Below, one piece after another: positions 20,016 to 29,072 of a stretch of 64,000 nucleotides of DNA; the stretch's first letter is position 1; the number at the start of each line of letters is the position of its first letter. The notes below the pieces were generated by a model. That model made no database searches, was not told the DNA's origin, and saw only the letters and a list, made by a program, of their open reading frames with translations. The translations under genes and the position numbers were made by a program. The DNA comes from Pseudobdellovibrionaceae bacterium (lineage in GTDB: Bacteria; Bdellovibrionota; Bdellovibrionia; Bdellovibrionales; Bdellovibrionaceae), in NCBI GenBank assembly GCA_039810425.1, contig JBDHWW010000001.1, positions 32,001 to 96,000 on the forward strand, written 5' to 3'.

Positions 20016-21071
20016 CTAGCGATCGATAATAGTTTTGAGTGAAGTAGGCGTTACATGGCTCTCGCCAGGGTATAAGAACGGGCTTTGTAAGAAGGCCGTG
20101 ACATACGCGCGTTTACTGATGAGTAGATCCGAAGCAAAGTGGCCCGTGAGATCAAAAGCAGTTCCGTGTGTTTCAACGTAGAGCTGAAAACCGCGGGCTA
20201 GAATCATTATATAATAGGCAAAAGTCTCAGCCCAATCGTCGGCCATGTTGGAAGCGGCATAAGTACTAGCGAAGTTAGAACCAACGAGGCCATTAAACAT
20301 CGCGGTGGAATCTGTCGCAGATAAGTAGCGGCCGTTGCAGAAATAAAAACAAGTGTCTTTGCGGAATGGATAATCATTCGCTGGTGTTGGCGTGCCAGGC
20401 CCTTGCCAGCTCAAAGCGGACCATGAGCCCGCCATAGGTGTGCACGATCCTACAAGATGTTCCCCTTTATCATCCTCTTCCCAGCGGCAGTCAGCGAGTT
20501 GATTGAGGGTGTTGGTGAAATCAAAAAGATGACCAAACTCGTGTGCGATTACAAAATCCAAAAATAATTCGTGAGTGTTGATATTCGACTGATAGTGAAT
20601 CAAATCCAAACTTGGGCCCGTCACAGTTGGGCTGCCACCGAAAGTGGTTTCTTCTTTCCACGAAAGCCATTGGGGATAAGTTAGTGGATTATCTAAGACC
20701 TCTTTACGAATACCGATCACACCACCAGTCAATTTTCCGTTGGCATCAGTAATCTGAGAAGCATAGGCCGTTCCTTGAAACCCAACCTCAACGAAAATCT
20801 TTTCAAGATGACAATACATGTTTTTAATCACATCCGGCGAGCGATCAAAGTGGCGTTCGAAAAAGCTTTGATAGTTTTCGCTTCCAGGTTTGCAAGGTCT
20901 TTTAAGATATCCGGCCTCAGGAGTGGAAGGATCTGCGGGATCGACAAGGCAAACAATCTGAGCAATATGGCTTCTGCAATCACCTGGCTGTGGATATTTC
21001 TGCGCCATTGCTGGAAGTGTTAAAAGTAAAGAAAAGCTTAAGACGAATAGCTTTGTCATCGAGAACCCCAT
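20016..21071 (-). CDS. Secreted zincin-like metallopeptidase
   Basis: Signal peptide, HEFGH, downstream DDWAETF third-ligand motif, paired Cys. Confidence 0.65.
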   Translation of the reverse strand: MGFSMTKLFVLSFSLLLTLPAMAQKYPQPGDCRSHIAQIVCLVDPADPSTPEAGYLKRPCKPGSENYQSFFERHFDRSPDVIKNMYCHLEKIFVEVGFQGTAYASQITDANGKLTGGVIGIRKEVLDNPLTYPQWLSWKEETTFGGSPTVTGPSLDLIHYQSNINTHELFLDFVIAHEFGHLFDFTNTLNQLADCRWEEDDKGEHLVGSCTPMAGSWSALSWQGPGTPTPANDYPFRKDTCFYFCNGRYLSATDSTAMFNGLVGSNFASTYAASNMADDWAETFAYYIMILARGFQLYVETHGTAFDLTGHFASDLLISKRAYVTAFLQSPFLYPGESHVTPTSLKTIIDR

Positions 21072-21152
21072 AGTTGCTCAAGCATATCGAGACCGATTTT
21101 CGAAATGCAACGAAAACTATATGCTACGAGAACGATTTGATGTGCTCCCGCC

Positions 21153-21182
21153 TTGCAATCTTGCAAAAAATCTATCTATGAT
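21153..21182 (+). promoter_or_regulatory. Sigma70-like promoter for mlaF copy 2 (probably leaderless)
   Basis: TTGCAA-18nt-TATGAT, 6 nt before ATG 21189. Confidence 0.55.
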
Positions 21183-21188
21183 AACGGA

Positions 21189-21917
21189 ATGATTAGTTTT
21201 AAGAATCTCATTAAACGCTTCGGCGAACGGACCATCCTTAAAGGACTGAGTCTGGATATCCGTGAAGGTGAGATTCTTTTTATTTTGGGCACCTCCGGAA
21301 CCGGCAAATCTGTTCTGTTGAAAAACCTCGTGGGCCTGCTTCGCCCCGATGAAGGCGAGATCTGGATTGAGGGACAAGAGGTCAGTCGCCTTACCGAAGA
21401 AGAATATCTGCCGATTCGTAAGAAATGCGGCATGGTTTTTCAGCACCCGGCTTTATTCGATTCACTCACAATCTATGAGAATGTCGCTTTTGGTTTGCGC
21501 CGCCATTTCCTTCTTGAAGAAGATGAAATCCGCCGCCGAGTCTTGAAAGCTCTGGGTCTTGTCCACTTGAGTGGAATTGAAAATAAAAAGCCAGCTGAAA
21601 TCTCTTACGGCATGCAAAAGCGCGTGAGCCTCGCAAGAACCGTTGCTTTGGAGCCAAAGATCTTGCTTTTTGATGAGCCCACAACGGGCCTTGATCCGGT
21701 TACTACCAATGCCGTGAATCAGTTGATTAAAGACCTTTCGCGTACACTCAAGACGACATCACTCGTGGTTAGTCACGATATGCAATGTGCTTTAAGCATT
21801 GCAGACAGAATCGTTGTTTTAGATCAGGGAAACATTGTTGCTTTGGGAACGCCTGAGGAAATGAAGCATTCTAAAGTTCCACTGGTTCGAGACTTCATGG
21901 CCGAGGTGCTCGCATGA
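21189..21917 (+). CDS. mlaF: MlaF/Mkl-type ABC ATPase (copy 2)
   Basis: GTSGTGKS, GMVFQ.PALFDSL, ISYGMQKR, FDEPTTGLDP, SHD. Confidence 0.88.
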   Translation: MISFKNLIKRFGERTILKGLSLDIREGEILFILGTSGTGKSVLLKNLVGLLRPDEGEIWIEGQEVSRLTEEEYLPIRKKCGMVFQHPALFDSLTIYENVAFGLRRHFLLEEDEIRRRVLKALGLVHLSGIENKKPAEISYGMQKRVSLARTVALEPKILLFDEPTTGLDPVTTNAVNQLIKDLSRTLKTTSLVVSHDMQCALSIADRIVVLDQGNIVALGTPEEMKHSKVPLVRDFMAEVLA

Positions 21918-22699
21918 CAGTTGCGATCCGAGGCTTGATTAAAATTGCCGACGAAATCGGCCAAAGTATTTTGTTCTTCATGGAGATTATCACTACGATG
22001 ATCTTCCGCCCGAGCCGCGTGCGTCTGATTCTTGAGCAGATTTGGCATGTAACAATCGAAAGCTTTCCTACTACGGCGATGGCGGGATTCTTCGTCGGCG
22101 CGATTATGACGGTGCAATTTACTTTGCAAATGAAAGAGTTCGGCGCCCTCGGATTCCTCGGTGGTCTTGCGACGAGTGCCACCTTCCGTGAAGTGGGCCC
22201 CCTTTTGATTGCTTTTATGTTGAGCGGAAAAATCGGCGCATTTACTTCGGCAGAGCTCGGAACGATGCGCGTGACCGAGCAAATCGATGCGATTCGCTGC
22301 TTAGGAGCAAACCCAATGCAAGAAATCATCGTCCCGAGATTCCTCGGCATCGTGATTTCGAGTTTTTTCCTGCTGTTTTTGGGCCTTTTCATGTCGATTT
22401 TGGGTGGAATGTTCCTGGGATTCTTCTTCGCGGGAGTAAATCCCGAAGAATACATGCGCCACGTGCCGACAATTATCTCAATTCCCTCTATTATTAGTGG
22501 TCTGACAAAGTGTTTTGTCTTCGGAACGGTACTAGCGACTGTTTGTACGCAAAAAGGCTACTTCACCACAGGCGGAGCAAAAGGTGTCGGCCGCTCGGTG
22601 GTTTCCACAGCGGTGATCACAATGATTGCGATCGTTGTGACGGATTGGCTGACCAGCTTCGTGGGCGAAATTATTCTTCATATCGCGAGAGGCTATTAG
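21914..22699 (+). CDS. mlaE: MlaE family ABC permease (copy 1)
   Basis: REVGP, AELGTMRVTEQIDA, VPR, GAKGVG. Confidence 0.92.
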   Translation: MTVAIRGLIKIADEIGQSILFFMEIITTMIFRPSRVRLILEQIWHVTIESFPTTAMAGFFVGAIMTVQFTLQMKEFGALGFLGGLATSATFREVGPLLIAFMLSGKIGAFTSAELGTMRVTEQIDAIRCLGANPMQEIIVPRFLGIVISSFFLLFLGLFMSILGGMFLGFFFAGVNPEEYMRHVPTIISIPSIISGLTKCFVFGTVLATVCTQKGYFTTGGAKGVGRSVVSTAVITMIAIVVTDWLTSFVGEIILHIARGY

Positions 22700-23392
22700 A
22701 TGGCGGCCAAAGCACAGCAATTCCGCTGGAAAGAAACCTTGGAGCAGCTTTATTTCGTCGGCAACGGCAGCTTGATTATCATTGTTTTCTGTGTCTGCTT
22801 TGCCGCAATGGTGACGATTCTTGAGTCTTCTTTCCACATGAAACTTGTCATTCAAAACGATTCGATGGTCCCCGGATTTGCAGCCATGCTGATTTTGCGT
22901 GAACTTGCAGCTGTCGTGACAGCGTTGTTGCTGACCTCTCGAGTTGGCGCGGGGATAGCGGCCGAAGTTGGGACCATGCAAGTGACCGAGCAAGTCGATG
23001 CTCTCAAAATGCTTGGTATTAGCCCGGCAAATTACGTAGTCATGCCAAGGCTTGTTGCGTGCATCCTCGGCGCTGTTTTGTTAACTATAGTTGCAAATAT
23101 GACGTGTATTTTCAGTGCGATGGCGGTGAGCAGTTCGTATCTTGATTACACTCCGGCGTTGTTCATTTCTGGCATGAAACGTTTCGTGCAATTCAAAGAT
23201 CTGATTTTTGCGGTCATCAAAGCGGCGTGCTTTGGTGCGGTTATTCCGCTTATCAGTTGCTACTTTGGTTTTCGTTGCAAGTCCGGAGCGGAAGGAGTCG
23301 GACGAGCAACGACCAACAGTGTGGTTGTGGGTTCGATGGCGGTGATTGTGATTGATTTTCTTTTGTCTTATGCCTTCAGTTATCTATACTAA
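22700..23392 (+). CDS. mlaE: MlaE family ABC permease (copy 2, short N-terminus)
   Basis: RELAA, AEVGTMQVTEQVDAL, GAEGVGRATTNSVV. Confidence 0.9.
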   Translation: MAAKAQQFRWKETLEQLYFVGNGSLIIIVFCVCFAAMVTILESSFHMKLVIQNDSMVPGFAAMLILRELAAVVTALLLTSRVGAGIAAEVGTMQVTEQVDALKMLGISPANYVVMPRLVACILGAVLLTIVANMTCIFSAMAVSSSYLDYTPALFISGMKRFVQFKDLIFAVIKAACFGAVIPLISCYFGFRCKSGAEGVGRATTNSVVVGSMAVIVIDFLLSYAFSYLY

Positions 23393-23434
23393 TGGAGATT
23401 TAAGCCGGATGCTTGAATATTATGGAGACTTGCT

Positions 23435-24211
23435 ATGAAGATTGAAACCAAGGTTGGTTTGCTGGCACTGGCGGCGATTATTCTTATTGTCATTTTTGCC
23501 TACATGATGGGATTGATTTCACCGTTTTCGAACACTTACGACCTCAATGTCATGTACAACTATGCTGGCGGTATTGAAGAGGGTTCTCCTGTACGCGTGA
23601 TGGGCATTAAAGTCGGCAAAGTAAAGAAAGTTAGCTTTGAACCTGGATATAAAAGCCCCCAAGGCGAAGAAGTGAAGCTGCGTCTCGAAATCACAATTGA
23701 TAAGAAAGCATGGCCAACAATCCGCAAAGACTCCAAATACTTCATCAATCTTGCGGGTGTAATCGGGGAAAAGTTTCTCGAAATTTCGCCAGGCAGCACA
23801 GAGTCAGCCGAACTTTCTAACGGCGACTATGTCCGTGGCGAAGACCCCCCTCGCATTGATCAATTGATTTCACAAAGCTATGGTTTAGCTGGCAAAATTA
23901 TTGAACTTGTTGAAAAAAATGAAGGCTCCGTCAGCAATGTGATCTCTCAGATAGACCGTCTGATGACCAATTTTAACAAAACTTTGGCGCTCCTAGACAA
24001 AACGTCGAAGAACAAAGACATGGGAAGACTGCTTGATAATGCCATCAAGATAAGCGATGACATGGCTTACTTAACGGGTGAGCTGCGCACGAAAAAGTCC
24101 CAAGATACTTTCAACTTGGTTCATAAGCTTCTCTTCCGTTTGGAACCCTTGGACGGACCGGCACTTAAAAAGTTTTTCCAAGAAGAGGGCGTGAGAGCTC
24201 GTGTTTTATAG
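23435..24211 (+). CDS. mlaD: MlaD/MCE domain protein
   Basis: ETKVG TM anchor, GIEEGSPVRVMGIKVGKV, GVIGEKFLEISPG, helical tail. Confidence 0.92.
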   Translation: MKIETKVGLLALAAIILIVIFAYMMGLISPFSNTYDLNVMYNYAGGIEEGSPVRVMGIKVGKVKKVSFEPGYKSPQGEEVKLRLEITIDKKAWPTIRKDSKYFINLAGVIGEKFLEISPGSTESAELSNGDYVRGEDPPRIDQLISQSYGLAGKIIELVEKNEGSVSNVISQIDRLMTNFNKTLALLDKTSKNKDMGRLLDNAIKISDDMAYLTGELRTKKSQDTFNLVHKLLFRLEPLDGPALKKFFQEEGVRARVL

Positions 24212-24219
24212 GGGGTTAA

Positions 24220-24834
24220 ATGCGTTATTTTCATAGTTTTATCATAGTTGCTGCTTTTTTGACCGTGCCTTTGTCTTATGCCAGCACTCAAGATCTGGAT
24301 GAAACAGATTTCAGCTCAACAGCTGCCAGTGTCTTTAAAGTAGACGAAAACAACAACTATGCCGACAACTTGGCTCTTCGTGAAGCCCGCAAGATTGGTT
24401 TAGGTCTGGGTTTCGGCGGATCTTTGGGCCTCTATGGCGTCAATATCGAAATCAATTTCGAAGATGCTGATGGTGCTATGGCGGGAGCTGGTGGCGGCGA
24501 TGGTTACAGCTCTTTCAACGTTTTGTGGAAACATGCCTTTTTGGGCGATACGGTCGCTCCCTACACAACATTGGGCTACTCGCGCTGGTATAATGCCAGC
24601 GGCAGTGGAAATTACAAAAATTCAGCCGTTTTGGATCGGGTTTTGACAGATCAGGAAAAAGCGGAGGGTAAATTCGCCACGGACTTCCTATCTGGCTCGG
24701 TTGGTTTGCAGTACACTACTTTACGCGGCGAGCTTGCCGGCACCTCTTTGTTCGCGGAAATTGTTCTGCTCGGTGATGTTCATCATGGCAACATTGTTCC
24801 GACGGGAACCGTGGGCGCGGGTTACTACTTCTAG
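24220..24834 (+). CDS. Probable small outer-membrane beta-barrel protein
   Basis: Signal peptide, alternating Gly/aromatic strands, C-terminal GYYF BAM-type signal; co-oriented after mlaD. Confidence 0.6.
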   Translation: MRYFHSFIIVAAFLTVPLSYASTQDLDETDFSSTAASVFKVDENNNYADNLALREARKIGLGLGFGGSLGLYGVNIEINFEDADGAMAGAGGGDGYSSFNVLWKHAFLGDTVAPYTTLGYSRWYNASGSGNYKNSAVLDRVLTDQEKAEGKFATDFLSGSVGLQYTTLRGELAGTSLFAEIVLLGDVHHGNIVPTGTVGAGYYF

Positions 24835-24976
24835 GCCCTTCCCACCGGCTGTCAGGGTAAAGAACCCAATACAAGTACAAGCGCCAGTCACTAATAACGA
24901 AGCCGTCCATCTGCCACTCGGACAAGAGTCCAGCTTTCAGAGCGAAAATACAGAGAGAGAGAAGCGAGGACGGCAT

Positions 24977-25007
24977 AAAAAAACCCCCGGTTTTCACCAA
25001 GGGTTTT
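24977..25007 (-). terminator. Intrinsic terminator downstream of the Lys-rich microprotein
   Basis: Minus strand AAAACCCTTGG-tgaaaa-CCGGGGGTTTT (2 G-U) with T7 tail. Confidence 0.8.
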
Positions 25008-25033
25008 AAAGTACTGTATCAGTACCAAAAAAA

Positions 25034-25126
25034 CTATTTCTTAGAAGCTTTTTTAGTAGCTTTCTTTTTAGTAGCTTTTTTTGTAGTTTTTTTAGCTGCT
25101 TTTTTAGTAGCTTTCTTTTTTGCCAT
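25034..25126 (-). CDS. 30-aa Lys/Ala/Thr-rich histone-H1/protamine-like microprotein
   Basis: MAKKKATKKAAKKTTKKATKKKATKKASKK*; AGGAGGAG RBS upstream; own promoter and terminator; below ORF-track cutoff. Confidence 0.85.
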   Translation of the reverse strand: MAKKKATKKAAKKTTKKATKKKATKKASKK

Positions 25127-25187
25127 TTGCTCCTCCTAGGATGCAATCGTTGTTGTTGTTAACTGCTTCAATAAACTTCTTACCCTA

Positions 25188-25216
25188 AGTCTTCACAATT
25201 CGACTTGCGCCGTCAA
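25188..25216 (-). promoter_or_regulatory. Sigma70-like promoter for the microprotein
   Basis: Minus strand TTGACG-17nt-AAGACT with AT-rich UP-like tract upstream. Confidence 0.5.
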
Positions 25217-25272
25217 TAAAAAAATTCATAGGCACCTTTTTTGCGAGAACTCTTGGCATGGAGGTCACGCTC

Positions 25273-26010
25273 ATGAATGTTTCTATCCTACTTACGAGTC
25301 TCGGATTCGTGTTCGCGCATCGGATTCTGCGCTTATCTCTGCAAAAAATCGGTCTTTCGAATCTTCACCCGCGCATTTTCCTGGTTTTAGCGGTTTTGAT
25401 GATCGTTTTCTTCATCATGTTGGCCCCGCACCCGAGTCTTCTATGGATTTTCTTCGGCACGCTTTTTATTTTGCTAAAGCTTTTGCCTCAACTTTTTTCT
25501 CGTTATCAGGAAAAACTGATCCAATCGCACACGTTGCGGATGCTAGATCATTTGATATTAAGCGTTCAATCCGGCCATTCTTTACGTGCATCTTTGATGA
25601 TGTTGTCTCGGCAAGAACCAAGCCTACTACGGGTTTCATGGGAAAACCTTGTTCACGCCATTGCGGTGGAAAACTCCCCCGCGAGTTTGAAATCCCCCTC
25701 TTTGAAAAAACTTTTTGATGAACTCAGCCGCATCGAGAAGTCTCAAGCAAAAAGCGTCGACCAGCTGCGCTCGTTGCGCCGAAACCTGAAAACATTGGAG
25801 GATTTTCGACGTAGGTCTGGACAAGTGAGTTTGCAAATTCGCATGCAAGCAGCCATTTCGATGCTTCTTTTTGCCGGATTATTGCTTTTTATGATCACTC
25901 AATTCGGTTTTTATCAGCATCAGACACTTATTTTGGTGTCAGGAACTTTGTTTTTTATCGGGGTGGTGACAGTTTTTGTCATCGGCAGGAGACTTCAATG
26001 GACCACATAG
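25273..26010 (+). CDS. TadB/T2SSF-like inner-membrane protein
   Basis: N-terminal TMs, LILSVQSGHSLRASL, R..SGQV..QIRMQA then two TMs; GGAGG RBS before ATG 25273. Confidence 0.6.
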   Translation: MNVSILLTSLGFVFAHRILRLSLQKIGLSNLHPRIFLVLAVLMIVFFIMLAPHPSLLWIFFGTLFILLKLLPQLFSRYQEKLIQSHTLRMLDHLILSVQSGHSLRASLMMLSRQEPSLLRVSWENLVHAIAVENSPASLKSPSLKKLFDELSRIEKSQAKSVDQLRSLRRNLKTLEDFRRRSGQVSLQIRMQAAISMLLFAGLLLFMITQFGFYQHQTLILVSGTLFFIGVVTVFVIGRRLQWTT

Positions 26011-26435
26011 CGCCACCGCTGCAACTCATCGCACATGTGAAGCGGTCGATCGAAACAGGTCATTCTACCCGCGCCGGCGTGCTTAGTTACGTGAGGTCAG
26101 AGCGCTCAAACTTTGCAAAGGACGTTTCAAAGTGGCTCGGCCATTTGGATCAGGGGTTGCCGGTCGGGTATCTTTTGGTACTTCAACACTCACAGTACCG
26201 CCGTAGTCTCCTCGAACTGTTGGAGCGCGGGATGCGGGGTGAAAGTATTTATGTTTATCTGTGTCAGCTAGAGCAAGAGACCATCGAGGCCTGCCAAGAT
26301 GAAATCAATCGCAAACTGACGAAGCTACCCTTTCTGCTGCTTGCTCCGCTGCTTTTGCTGCAGTTTCCAGCGTTTTTGATGCTTCTTTTTGGCCCTCTCC
26401 TTGATAATTTTTTTCACTCTTTTGGGGGCGGGTGA
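25998..26435 (+). CDS. TadC/T2SSF-like protein (short)
   Basis: GESI...L..L, KLPFLLLAPLLLLQFPAFLMLLFGP resembles TadC C-terminus; overlaps TadB-like gene. Confidence 0.55.
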   Translation: MDHIAPPLQLIAHVKRSIETGHSTRAGVLSYVRSERSNFAKDVSKWLGHLDQGLPVGYLLVLQHSQYRRSLLELLERGMRGESIYVYLCQLEQETIEACQDEINRKLTKLPFLLLAPLLLLQFPAFLMLLFGPLLDNFFHSFGGG

Positions 26436-26461
26436 TACAGTAGGGGTGTTGGAGGATAGCA

Positions 26462-26671
26462 ATGACAAGAGTCTGCACGAAGCAACAAGATCTTGAGATG
26501 TTGGTTGATGAATTAATGAAGGATCAACCCAACAAAAACACGGTTAAGAAGCTTTCGACAAAGCTTGGCATGAACTATTCTGTCGATCCATTGACTCAAA
26601 TGAATACGGTTCTTCAGTCCATGAACACCGTTTATTTGCGCCAGCATACAAAAAAAGAACTCGAAAACTAG
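26462..26671 (+). CDS. Small hypothetical protein
   Basis: GGAGGA RBS, ATG start, fills gap before CBS gene. Confidence 0.65.
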   Translation: MTRVCTKQQDLEMLVDELMKDQPNKNTVKKLSTKLGMNYSVDPLTQMNTVLQSMNTVYLRQHTKKELEN

Positions 26672-26689
26672 AGAAAGTCCAAACCTCCC

Positions 26690-27739
26690 ATGTCTTATAA
26701 TAAAAGCATCCTCGAAACCGTCGGGCACACGCCCATTGTTCAACTCAAGAAAATCTTCCCGCACTCGAAACATAATTTTTTCGCAAAAGTGGAATACCTC
26801 AATCCAGGGGGCAGTATTAAGGATCGCGTGGCGATTGCAATGGTTGAGGAAGCTGAAAAGCGCGGTGATTTGAAGCATGGTGGCACAATTATCGAGGCAA
26901 CTTCTGGAAATACGGGCGTTGGATTGGCGCTTGTGGGTGCGGTGAAGGGCTATAAATGCATTTTCACCATGCCTGAGAAGATGAGCGAAGAGAAGAGAGC
27001 GATCCTTCGTGCCTACGGAGCGCGCGTGATTATTACTCCGACGAGTGCCGCTCCGGAAGATCCAATGTCACACTATTCCGTGGCTCAGAAGCTTGCAGAT
27101 ACGATTCCAGGCGCGTTCTTGGTGAATCAATTCCACAACCCGGACAATCCAAAACGTCACTATGAGACCACAGGACCCGAAATCTGGGAGCAGATGGAAG
27201 GCAAAGTCGATATGTTGGTTGGTGGGGCTGGAACTGGGGGGACACTTTCGGGTTGCGCAAAGTATTTGAAAGAGAAAAACCCGCAAGCAAAAGTGATCTG
27301 CGCGGACCCCATCGGCAGCATCCTTTACGATTTGTACTATCACAAGAGAATCGTGGACCCTCCAGGCTCTTATAAGGTTGAAGGCGTCGGCGAAGACATG
27401 TTGCCGGGAAATGTGCATTTGAAGTTGTACGACGGCTTTATTAAGGTGTCTGACCAAGAGGCTTTTGATATCACCCGGGAATTGGTGGCGAAAGAAGGTC
27501 TGCTGGTGGGTCCATCCAGCGGTTTAGCATTGGTTGGGGCGGCAAAAGCCGCTGAAAAACTGGAAAAACCATCTAATATTGTAGTGATTTTTCCAGACAG
27601 TGGTCGAGCTTACCTCAGCAAGGCGTTTAACGATCAATGGATGGTTGAAAACGGCCTGATGAAGGCAGTGGATCTGCAAAACACCTTCAACCGAGTGATC
27701 TCAGCAAAAGAAGCTCTCGAAGAGCTCTCAAAAAAATAA
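26690..27739 (+). CDS. PLP-dependent cystathionine beta-synthase / cysteine synthase family
   Basis: NPGGSIKDR, EATSGNTG, GAGTGGT, YKVEGVG, FPDSGRAYLSK. Confidence 0.92.
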   Translation: MSYNKSILETVGHTPIVQLKKIFPHSKHNFFAKVEYLNPGGSIKDRVAIAMVEEAEKRGDLKHGGTIIEATSGNTGVGLALVGAVKGYKCIFTMPEKMSEEKRAILRAYGARVIITPTSAAPEDPMSHYSVAQKLADTIPGAFLVNQFHNPDNPKRHYETTGPEIWEQMEGKVDMLVGGAGTGGTLSGCAKYLKEKNPQAKVICADPIGSILYDLYYHKRIVDPPGSYKVEGVGEDMLPGNVHLKLYDGFIKVSDQEAFDITRELVAKEGLLVGPSSGLALVGAAKAAEKLEKPSNIVVIFPDSGRAYLSKAFNDQWMVENGLMKAVDLQNTFNRVISAKEALEELSKK

Positions 27740-27748
27740 GGATTCGCC

Positions 27749-28918
27749 ATGAAAAATGATATGAACAAACTTGGCTTTGCAACTCGTGCTATCCACGCAG
27801 GACAGCAGCCTGATCCTACAACGGGAGCAATCATGACTCCGGTGTATTTAACCTCTACATATGTACAAGAATCTCCGGGTGTGCATAAAGGTTGGGAATA
27901 CAGCCGCACGCACAACCCAACACGCAGAGCTTACGAAGACTGCTTAGCGAATCTTGAAGGCGGTAAATATGGTTTTGCCTTTGCCTCTGGTTGCGCAGCA
28001 ACGACAACGATTCTTCACTTCCTGCAGCAGGGCGATCATGTGATTGCCGGTGACGATATGTATGGCGGAACGTTCCGTTTGTTCAATCGCGTTCTTAAGA
28101 ACAACGGCCTTGAGTTCTCTTATGTAGATCTAACGAACCCAGAGAATTTCGCGAAGACTTTAAAGCCAAATACAAAGATGGTGTGGCTGGAAACTCCGAC
28201 GAATCCGACTTTGAAGTTGGTTGATATTAAAAAAATAGCCAAAGTCGCGGCCGAAAATGGAGTGATCACGGTTGTTGATAACACTTTCATGAGCCCTTAC
28301 TTTCAAAGACCTCTTTCTTTGGGTGCTGATGTGGTTGTCCACTCAGCGACGAAGTACATCGGCGGGCATAGTGACGTTGTTGGCGGTATTGCCGTGACCA
28401 ACCGTCAGGATTTGGCAGAAAAGCTCGCGTTCTTGAGCAACTCTATGGGGGGAGTTCAAGGGGCGTTCGATTCTTTCATGTGCCTACGAAGTCTAAAAAC
28501 CCTGCCATTGAGAATGAAAGCTCATGCGAGCAACGCCCAGGCTGTGGCGGAATTTCTTGAAGCCCATCCAAAGGTTCAAAAAGTTCTCTATCCAGGTCTC
28601 AAATCCCATCCACAGCATACTCTGGCGAAAGAACAGATGTTGGGAATGGGCGGAATGATTACGTTCTATATCAAAGGAGGCCTCGCTCAAGCTCGCACCT
28701 TCCTTGAAAATGTCCGCGTTTTTGCACTGGCGGAGAGTTTGGGGGGAGTCGAATCCCTGATAGAACATCCGGCAATTATGACGCATGCGTCCGTGCCGCC
28801 GGAGAATCGCAAAGCACTAGGAATTGACGATACGTTGATTCGCCTTTCGGTGGGAATCGAGGATCTCGAGGACCTTTTGGCCGACCTAAAATCTGCTTTT
28901 GATAAGGTGAATGGTTGA
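27749..28918 (+). CDS. Cystathionine gamma-lyase/synthase family
   Basis: YSRTHNPTR, ETPTNP, VDNTF, HSATKYIGGHSD, LAESLGGVESL; paired with CBS (reverse transsulfuration-type operon). Confidence 0.94.
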   Translation: MKNDMNKLGFATRAIHAGQQPDPTTGAIMTPVYLTSTYVQESPGVHKGWEYSRTHNPTRRAYEDCLANLEGGKYGFAFASGCAATTTILHFLQQGDHVIAGDDMYGGTFRLFNRVLKNNGLEFSYVDLTNPENFAKTLKPNTKMVWLETPTNPTLKLVDIKKIAKVAAENGVITVVDNTFMSPYFQRPLSLGADVVVHSATKYIGGHSDVVGGIAVTNRQDLAEKLAFLSNSMGGVQGAFDSFMCLRSLKTLPLRMKAHASNAQAVAEFLEAHPKVQKVLYPGLKSHPQHTLAKEQMLGMGGMITFYIKGGLAQARTFLENVRVFALAESLGGVESLIEHPAIMTHASVPPENRKALGIDDTLIRLSVGIEDLEDLLADLKSAFDKVNG

Positions 28919-28966
28919 CACTAAGCCCATCAGGAAGGTAACTAATGGACCTTCCTGATTTCGAAT

Positions 28967-29042
28967 GGCTCGGTAGCTCAGTCGGTAGAGCAGAGGATTG
29001 AAAATCCTTGTGTCGGCGGTTCAATTCCGTCCCGAGCCACCA
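28967..29042 (+). tRNA. tRNA-Phe (GAA)
   Basis: 76 nt, GGCTCGG/CCGAGCC acceptor stem, TAGCTCAGTCGGTAGAGC D arm, TT-GAA-AA anticodon loop, GGTTCAATTCC T arm, encoded CCA. Confidence 0.98.
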
Positions 29043-29072
29043 TTTAGAATACCGGCCAAAATACAAAAATTA

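Noticed and set aside
24716..25000. 94-aa minus-strand ORF
   Set aside because: Overlaps the beta-barrel gene and runs through a terminator; no motif.
28967..29072. tRNA-Phe as an island integration site
   Set aside because: No integrase in the window and no repeat of the tRNA 3' end was spotted.
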